The notes beneath the pieces are model-generated. The model was not told the DNA's origin. It searched no databases and saw nothing but the letters and a program-made list of their open reading frames with translations. A DNA stretch of 64,000 nt, from contig NZ_JACVPJ010000004.1 of assembly GCF_018881975.1 (NCBI RefSeq), positions 202,290-266,289 of the forward strand, written 5' to 3'. The position numbers and the translations under genes are program-made. Source of the stretch: Polynucleobacter sp. JS-Safj-400b-B2 (GTDB taxonomy: Bacteria; Pseudomonadota; Gammaproteobacteria; Burkholderiales; Burkholderiaceae). Below are positions 57,910 through 64,000 of this stretch, piece by piece (positions within the stretch are counted from its first letter, which is position 1; every line of letters begins with the position of its first letter).

Positions 57910-58479
57910 ATGACCAGTTTTTTGAAAAAAAATGTCGCGCTTATATTGCTTGCTCTAGCTATGATTGCGACCCGTGGAAACCATATCGTAACTGCAATTA
58001 GTCTGTCTGATGCGTCTTGGGCAATCTTCTTCCTCCTGGGTTTTTATTCTGCGCGCAAGTCTTTGTTTTTGGCTTTTATTGCTTTGGCGGCATTTATTGA
58101 TTATGTTGTCGTAACCAAACTAGGGGTGAGCGACTATTGCATTACGCCAGCTTATGCCTTCTTGATTCCCGCTTATTTCTCCATGTGGTTTGCAGGGCGC
58201 ATATTTACAAAGCAATACCAGACAAACGCAATGGCATTTGTAACCCTTGCTAAATTTATAATCATCGGCGCTGCAACATGCGAAATCATCTCCAGTGGCA
58301 GCTTTTACTTCCTCAGCGGTCGCTTTTCCGAAAATACCTTATCTGGGTTTGGCGAACGTCTAATTGAGTACTTTCCATATGACCTCATGAGTACATCGAT
58401 GTACCTAGGTATTGCTATATTAGTTCATATTGCGGGAATTATCATGAAGCATAACGTTGCCGTTAAAAGCGCCTGTTAG
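57910..58479 (+). CDS. Integral membrane protein (six predicted TM helices)
   Basis: Hydrophobic throughout. Last gene before the riboswitch/btuB region. Confidence 0.4.
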   Translation: MTSFLKKNVALILLALAMIATRGNHIVTAISLSDASWAIFFLLGFYSARKSLFLAFIALAAFIDYVVVTKLGVSDYCITPAYAFLIPAYFSMWFAGRIFTKQYQTNAMAFVTLAKFIIIGAATCEIISSGSFYFLSGRFSENTLSGFGERLIEYFPYDLMSTSMYLGIAILVHIAGIIMKHNVAVKSAC

Positions 58480-58759
58480 CGGCGAATTCGAGTTTTGAAT
58501 TGAGCAAATTCCAGCTTTTAGCCAAATCGAGTGCGAACGTCTGGGTTTCGATCGGAATGATCTACCCGGAGCTAGATACAGAGGATTATCGGTACGAAAC
58601 AAAACTAGAGGCTTCAAGGGTAAAAGGGCGGATCAAGCAGTATCTCAAACACTACAAACCAAGAGACAAAGTTCCAATCAAAATCATTGAACTGATTTGA
58701 TTTTTGAGGGCACACTAATTTGGTTTGCTAGAATACCTACGTTGATAGTGCTCGCGTCT

Positions 58760-58950
58760 AATTTTCAATAGGCGCAGTTAAACGGGAAATTGGAGTCTGT
58801 AAAGGCTACCATGCTGTCCCCGCAACGGTAAGCAAACGCATAGAAGGTTATGTCGGCTCAATCGAAATACCACTGGCTTAGGCTGGGAAGGTCATTGAGT
58901 TCAGTTCGCTAGTCCGGATACCGGCTCTCAATATGTCAATTGGATGCGGG
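58760..58950 (+). ncRNA. Cobalamin (adenosylcobalamin/B12) riboswitch
   Basis: AACGGGAAATTGGAG...GCTGTCCCCGCAACGGTAAGC (the GGGAA...CCCGCAACGGTAA core) and the B12 box ACCACTGGCTTAGGCTGGGAAGGTC, about 90 nt upstream of a TonB-dependent receptor gene. Confidence 0.7.
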
Positions 58951-59025
58951 ATCGCCTTCGATTGGTTAAGTCCAGTGCCTACGTGGGAGCTAGGTCCGTG
59001 ACTATTGCTGTTTGACGGAACCACC

Positions 59026-61002
59026 ATGAATCAAATTCATAAAAAATCTTTGGCGAAATCCTTCGCCTTGCTATTGCCAATTCTTTTTTCGGCTCATACC
59101 TACTGCCAAGCATCAGATGTTAATCCACTGGTTGTTACTGCCACAGGCTATAAGCAGCCCCTTTCAGATGTTCTGCCTTCTGTAACAGTCGTTACTAGGG
59201 AGCAAATTGAAAAATCGCAAGCACCCTCAATTGCGGATCTGCTGCAAGGTGAGCCAGGGCTTGAGTTTCATAGAACTGGAGGACCCGGTCAAGTGACCAC
59301 CTTCAACCTTAGGGGTAACAACGGTACCAATTTAGTAATTTATGTTGATGGAGTGAGGTCGCAAGTCGATGGATTTGGAAATTTAACCGTCCTCAATATT
59401 CCGCCAAATACAGTTGAGCGCATAGAAATTCTTAGAGGTAATGCAGGGGCGCTTTATGGCGATGCAGCAATTGGCGGGGTAATTAATATTTTCACACGTC
59501 AAGGGGGCAATACCGACCCGAAAGCGTATGCATCAGTAAGCGTTGGTTCATACAACACCCAGGAGGCAATGGTTGGATATGGTGGCGCCATAAACGAAAC
59601 AAAATTTAATTTAACTTTCGATGAAATGACTAGCAAAGGAATCCCAACCCTAAATGCCGCTCAATATCCAAACGTCAATCCAAATACGGGCGCAATATCC
59701 TCGCAAACTATTAATGCATCTCTGAGCCAAAAAATTACAAAGGATTTTGAGTTGGGTGGTGGCGCAAGATATTTCACGTCCAACGCTAACTATGCGGACC
59801 CAAATGCCGGGCCAACAAGCGCTGGAGGCGATGGTGCTACATCTAGTAACACCTGGAATTTAAAAAACATCAGCACGGATATTGGTGGTTTTGCAAAATA
59901 CAACGTGAACGAAAATTGGACGACAAGATTCGATATTGCTCAATCGCAACTTCAAAATCAATATTATTCAAATGTAAACGCTGTGGAATTTGTAGCAAAT
60001 AATGGGTATAACCCAAATTACAGCACCCAAAATATTCAAACCTCTACAAAGTGGTTAAACAGTTATGAGCTTGATAAAGATAAAATAATCATTGCTGGGG
60101 TGGACTACACACAAGCAGGTTATGACGACGGACAGGGGAATAGCTCCCTATCCCAAAATGATCAAGGCTATTTTTTAGGCTATACCCAGCAGTACGATGC
60201 GCTCGATATCCAGATCAACGGACGTCATGATTATTCAACCGTTAAAGAGCAAAATACTGGATTCACCAATCAAACTTATAAGGTCAATACGGGTTTGTTT
60301 GGGCTGGGCTATCACATCACCGAAGAATTCAAATTGACAGGAACCATCTCTACTGCATTTCAAGCGCCAACAGCCGGCCAAATTTTTGGCTACTCATATG
60401 GCGGCGGCAGCACTTTTAACGCAGGATTGGTCCCGCAAACGTCCTATACAAACGAGCTTGGCGCCGTGTACCAAAAGTCAGAATTTCTTTCAAGACTTGT
60501 TTATTTCAATTCAAGAACCATGAATGCAATTCAAGGTCAACAGGTTCCCAATGGCTTTGAGTTTTTTAATATTTCTCAATTAAGAAATAACGGCTATGAG
60601 TTTAGTCAGCGGGCAAATGTTTACGGGGTTAAGGTAAATGCCGCATATACAAATCAAAACCCAGTCGATTTATCTACTGGACAAACGCCACCATTGATTG
60701 CAAGGCAATTTGGGTCGGTGGACCTGAACAAAGCAATCAATGAGAAATTTGATATCGGTACAAAAGTTTACTTCTCTGGCGCAAGGCAGTCTACTTTTTA
60801 TGCCCCGATGAATGGCCCAAGCACAGCCGTGACATTAAGCAATTATCAGGTGTGGAGTTTTTATGCTGGTATGAAAATCACTGATGAGCTAAGTGTGCGA
60901 GTGCGATTAAATAATGCTTTCAATGAACAATACCAATTGGTCTCTGGCTACAACACAATGGGGCGCAATGTGATGTTTACCATAGCTTATCAGCAAAAAT
61001 AA
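59026..61002 (+). CDS. btuB: TonB-dependent outer-membrane receptor, BtuB-like vitamin B12 transporter
   Basis: Signal peptide, a TonB box-like PLVVTATG, the plug motifs (RTGGPGQVTTFNLRG, IEILRGNAGALYGDAAIGGVINIF) and a long beta-barrel. Riboswitch-controlled. Confidence 0.8.
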   Translation: MNQIHKKSLAKSFALLLPILFSAHTYCQASDVNPLVVTATGYKQPLSDVLPSVTVVTREQIEKSQAPSIADLLQGEPGLEFHRTGGPGQVTTFNLRGNNGTNLVIYVDGVRSQVDGFGNLTVLNIPPNTVERIEILRGNAGALYGDAAIGGVINIFTRQGGNTDPKAYASVSVGSYNTQEAMVGYGGAINETKFNLTFDEMTSKGIPTLNAAQYPNVNPNTGAISSQTINASLSQKITKDFELGGGARYFTSNANYADPNAGPTSAGGDGATSSNTWNLKNISTDIGGFAKYNVNENWTTRFDIAQSQLQNQYYSNVNAVEFVANNGYNPNYSTQNIQTSTKWLNSYELDKDKIIIAGVDYTQAGYDDGQGNSSLSQNDQGYFLGYTQQYDALDIQINGRHDYSTVKEQNTGFTNQTYKVNTGLFGLGYHITEEFKLTGTISTAFQAPTAGQIFGYSYGGGSTFNAGLVPQTSYTNELGAVYQKSEFLSRLVYFNSRTMNAIQGQQVPNGFEFFNISQLRNNGYEFSQRANVYGVKVNAAYTNQNPVDLSTGQTPPLIARQFGSVDLNKAINEKFDIGTKVYFSGARQSTFYAPMNGPSTAVTLSNYQVWSFYAGMKITDELSVRVRLNNAFNEQYQLVSGYNTMGRNVMFTIAYQQK

Positions 61003-61259
61003 CCCAAATTTACCATGGCTATCACCGTCGGTGTAATAGGGTGCCGAGGGCCAAAGAGTGCGTCACTATTGCAGTAATAACTGCTGCTGGCGGCTGCAGT
61101 ATTAATGTTCATAATTCGCAGCATGAATGCGAGCCAACAGGAAAAAAGGGGTTCATGACAACACTCATTATTGAGGCTGAACAAGCACATAAAAGAGTTT
61201 TAATAGAGGAATGGGGAAATTGGTGATTGGAGGGGAATAAGAAAAACAGCGTAGCAGAT

Positions 61260-61760
61260 TTAGTCGTTAGGGTGAAAAATTCCTTTAAAAAACTTGATCA
61301 CAAAGTCATCCTCAATCATTTCAAAGCTATCGATTTTGCAATCGATATGATCAATGGTTGCATTGCCTTTATTAAAAACAAGGTAGCCAGTGTTTTGACC
61401 TGGCCACATCACAATGCTGCCATCTTTTCTCTTGAGTGGAGCGGTAATCGTGTCCGGCTCAGAGGGCCCATTTTGCAAAATAAATCTCTCGGCTTGATCG
61501 TAATTAACAATACATGTCGCAGTAACGTTAGCAGGTCGCTCCGGGTCCTTATTATCAATATCAAAAATGACCGATACCTTACCAGCCGTTGACATAACGT
61601 AATTGCCACCAGAGTAAATGTTAATAAATTCACTTGTAGGCATCGTTTTGGCAAGAGTTAGGGCTTTTCCGGAGATTAAGGATGACTCATCACTTGCCAT
61701 TGCAGCGAAGGATAGTGCGATGAGGAATGCGGCAATTGTCGGCAGGTAAGTTTTATTCAT
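61260..61760 (-). CDS. Secreted hypothetical protein (166 aa)
   Basis: Signal peptide MNKTYLPTIAAFLIALSFAAMA. Confidence 0.4.
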   Translation of the reverse strand: MNKTYLPTIAAFLIALSFAAMASDESSLISGKALTLAKTMPTSEFINIYSGGNYVMSTAGKVSVIFDIDNKDPERPANVTATCIVNYDQAERFILQNGPSEPDTITAPLKRKDGSIVMWPGQNTGYLVFNKGNATIDHIDCKIDSFEMIEDDFVIKFFKGIFHPND

Positions 61761-61927
61761 TAATAGGACCTTTCGTTTGTAATAACAATACTAAAGGCCA
61801 GATTTATGAATGCAAGTTTACACCTAAGGCACCATGCCTTAAAAGTTAAAAATTTACAGCGATTACATTTTCATCTAGGGATTTTTATTGCCCAAAATAG
61901 ATGAATCAACAACCAAACACAAATTTT

Positions 61928-62629
61928 ATGAAAAAAATTCTTCTTGCCGCTGCAATTACTGCCTTGATGAGTCACTCAGCCATAGCGCTGACCAATCAAG
62001 ATAACCTACTAAAAAAACTACAAGTGAAGTTTCCCGCAAATCATATTGATAAAGTTCTTGAAACCCCCATCCCCGGCATCTATGAAATTGATTCAGGACG
62101 TGAAGTTGCCTATACAACAAAAGATGGCAGGTTCATTTTCTTAGGATTGATTGATGCCAAAGAGGGGAAAGACCTTACTGCCATTAGGAGGGCTGAGCTA
62201 AGCAAGGTTGACTTTGGAGAATTGCCATTGGCAAATGCGATTAGAGATATTCGTGGTAACGGCAAAAGAACCCTTGCAATTTTTTCGGATCCAGACTGTC
62301 CTTATTGTCAAAAATTAGAATCTGAAATGATTGGATTAACGGATATCACCATCTACACGTTTCAGATGCCAATTGCTCAATTGCATCCCGGCGCCAAGCG
62401 TAAGGCTATCAGCATTTGGTGCGCTGACGATCAAGTGAATGCGTGGGGCGATGCCGTTGGTAAAGGCGCTAATGTTGTGGATAGGGAATGCCAAAACCCA
62501 ATTGATGAAAATCTTGCTCTGGCAGCAAAACTCTCAATTAATGGAACGCCAACACTCATTGCGCCTGATGGCAGAGTTTCATCTGGCGTAATGACGGCAA
62601 AACAGATCGAAGATTGGCTTGCAAAGTGA
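61928..62629 (+). CDS. dsbC: Thiol:disulfide interchange protein, DsbC/DsbG family
   Basis: Signal peptide MKKILLAAAITALMSHSAIA, an N-terminal dimerisation region and a thioredoxin fold with a CPYC active site. Confidence 0.75.
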   Translation: MKKILLAAAITALMSHSAIALTNQDNLLKKLQVKFPANHIDKVLETPIPGIYEIDSGREVAYTTKDGRFIFLGLIDAKEGKDLTAIRRAELSKVDFGELPLANAIRDIRGNGKRTLAIFSDPDCPYCQKLESEMIGLTDITIYTFQMPIAQLHPGAKRKAISIWCADDQVNAWGDAVGKGANVVDRECQNPIDENLALAAKLSINGTPTLIAPDGRVSSGVMTAKQIEDWLAK

Positions 62630-62916
62630 TCCCGTCCAACCCTCGAGGGCCTACTTTTCAAAAGTGGGTTTTGTTATAAATCAATAGCTTGAAGCAATAA
62701 CCCTCGACCACTAGCAGTTACATGGTCGGGGATAAATTGGGAATGTTACGCCTAGGTAATACACGGGCAATAGCCTTGCTACATTTAATTCGCCCTAGCC
62801 GGTACTGTAACCGTTGTGGAGCATTGCGGCCCCGATAGTAATCTAGTGTTGCAATAGTAGCTTGTAATGCAAGCGGCAGTTGTAGTTGAGGCTGCACAGG
62901 CGGATCAACAAAGGAT

Positions 62917-63786
62917 CTATGGTAGAGGCAGAAAGCCACCAACAAAATACCCAAATAAACACGTCAAAGAGCCCGCAATGCATATGGACGGCCCGAATGG
63001 AAGCGGAGTGTCTTTTGTTGCTCTAGAAGTTAAGATTGCCACCGCACTCCAAACTAAAGCAAATCCCGAGGCCACCGGGATTATTTGGAATAAGAGCGTG
63101 TGCACTCCAAACCACGCCCCAAGTGCAGCCATCAATTTAGCATCACCACCGCCAAGCCCAGTTTTATTAAGAAAGGCTTCGTAGTAAAAGTTAATTCCAA
63201 AAAACAAAACGTATCCCAAAGCGGCCCCCCATATAGACTCCTGTAGGCCGACAAATCCAGCCAATGGAAAAATTGAGTTCATGAGCAACCCAATCCATAA
63301 AAATGGAAGGGTTATTGCGTCCGGCAAAAGTAGATGATCAATATCAATCATGGTTAATGACACCATGATCCCAATGAAGATTATCGTTAAAAGCAGGTTT
63401 AATGAAAATCCGAATTGGTGAGCTGCAGCCACATACAAAATGCCGGTTGCCAACTCAACGAGGGGGTAGCGAATACTGATTGGCGCGTGACAATGACTAC
63501 ATTTTCCCTTTAGGAATAGATAGCTAATAACAGGGATATTTTCGTACCATGAAATTTGGTTCCCGCATTTTGGGCAGCTTGAGCGAGGTACCGCCAGATT
63601 ATATTGGGGTGATTTAGCCCGGGCATCCAGGTTCGAGGATATCTCATTTGCCCATTGCGCTTCTAACATAATGGGGAGCCTATAAATCACTACATTTAAG
63701 AAGCTACCAGCCAGCAGTCCAAATAAAAAAAGGCTTAATTGTAAAAATGGGGGGGAGTTTTGCAGCTGCAAGAAGAAAGAAGTCAT
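62917..63786 (-). CDS. pilD: Prepilin peptidase (A24 family, PilD/GspO)
   Basis: N-terminal CPKCG...CSHC zinc-binding tetracysteine, polytopic membrane topology and a GGGDAKL catalytic Asp motif. Confidence 0.8.
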   Translation of the reverse strand: MTSFFLQLQNSPPFLQLSLFLFGLLAGSFLNVVIYRLPIMLEAQWANEISSNLDARAKSPQYNLAVPRSSCPKCGNQISWYENIPVISYLFLKGKCSHCHAPISIRYPLVELATGILYVAAAHQFGFSLNLLLTIIFIGIMVSLTMIDIDHLLLPDAITLPFLWIGLLMNSIFPLAGFVGLQESIWGAALGYVLFFGINFYYEAFLNKTGLGGGDAKLMAALGAWFGVHTLLFQIIPVASGFALVWSAVAILTSRATKDTPLPFGPSICIAGSLTCLFGYFVGGFLPLP

Positions 63787-64000
63787 GCCTAAAGATTAAT
63801 TTTTTAAGTCAAACTAAATTCTTTAATAAATAGAAGAATTTTTGGATTATTCGTTTTTGAATTTATGGGTCGTCTAAGCAAAATTAGGCAATGCCAATTT
63901 TTAAACAAAAACAGCCAAGCCCCGCGTCTGGCGTTCCAGATTACACACCAGGCCCAGTAGATGAGGCGGTAAAAAAAGAATACTTTGAGCGTGGCAGCAA

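Overview
This 64 kb window is AT-rich (roughly 40-45% GC from the stretches inspected) and nearly all of it looks like a large mobile genetic element, either an ICE, a genomic island or a plasmid-like element. It runs into apparently chromosomal genes at the right end. From left to right the window contains:

- A 5'-truncated GHKL-type ATPase and a small downstream partner.
- A ParM/ParR-type actin-like partition cassette with an upstream iteron-like parC-type repeat array.
- A structured GC-richer non-coding region followed by a divergent tyrosine recombinase.
- A run of hypothetical, phage-like and membrane proteins, including an SPFH/band-7 protein, an ATP-dependent DNA ligase, a tRNA-Met(CAT)-like gene with an aberrant T-loop, a Mesh1/SpoT-like small alarmone hydrolase, a DEDDh exonuclease, an HU protein with a lysine-rich tail, a cupin-like membrane protein, a lambda-type Ser/Thr phosphatase and a DUF1173-like protein.
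- A secreted non-specific (DRGH) endonuclease with a small co-transcribed partner.
- A compact restriction-modification-like cluster on the minus strand: NERD nuclease, SNF2 helicase, a small PD-(D/E)xK-like protein and a beta-class amino-methyltransferase whose N-terminus is interrupted by an in-frame TAA. An SIS-domain protein and a small winged-helix-like protein sit next to it.
- A flotillin (YqiK-like) protein and an outer-membrane beta-barrel protein.
- A phage-type orphan C5-cytosine methylase module: Gp37/Gp68-like, ASCH-like, Zn-ribbon and a multi-target-recognition-domain Dcm-like methyltransferase.
- A mating-pair-formation locus that joins Trb/VirB-like genes (TrbB/VirB11, VirB2, VirB3, VirB4/TrbE, TrbJ, TrbL) directly to an R64/Tcp-like type IVb thin-pilus cluster: PilL/TcpQ-like, secretin lipoprotein, PilO/PilP-like, GspE-type ATPase, GspF-type platform, type IVb prepilin and a PilV-like adhesin prepilin. 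A Cys-rich tandem-repeat secreted protein follows the PilV-like gene.
- The right end holds a cobalamin riboswitch followed by btuB (TonB-dependent receptor), a DsbC/DsbG-like disulfide isomerase and a prepilin peptidase, which look chromosomal.

No CRISPR array, rRNA gene or phage structural gene was seen. No relaxase, coupling protein or VirB7-10 homologues were recognised in the window. Evidence used: motifs readable directly in the translations (Walker A, KxDG, DRGH, DxFxGSGTT/SPPY, PC/ENV and others), gene order, signal peptides, hairpins and repeats. No database searches were run.
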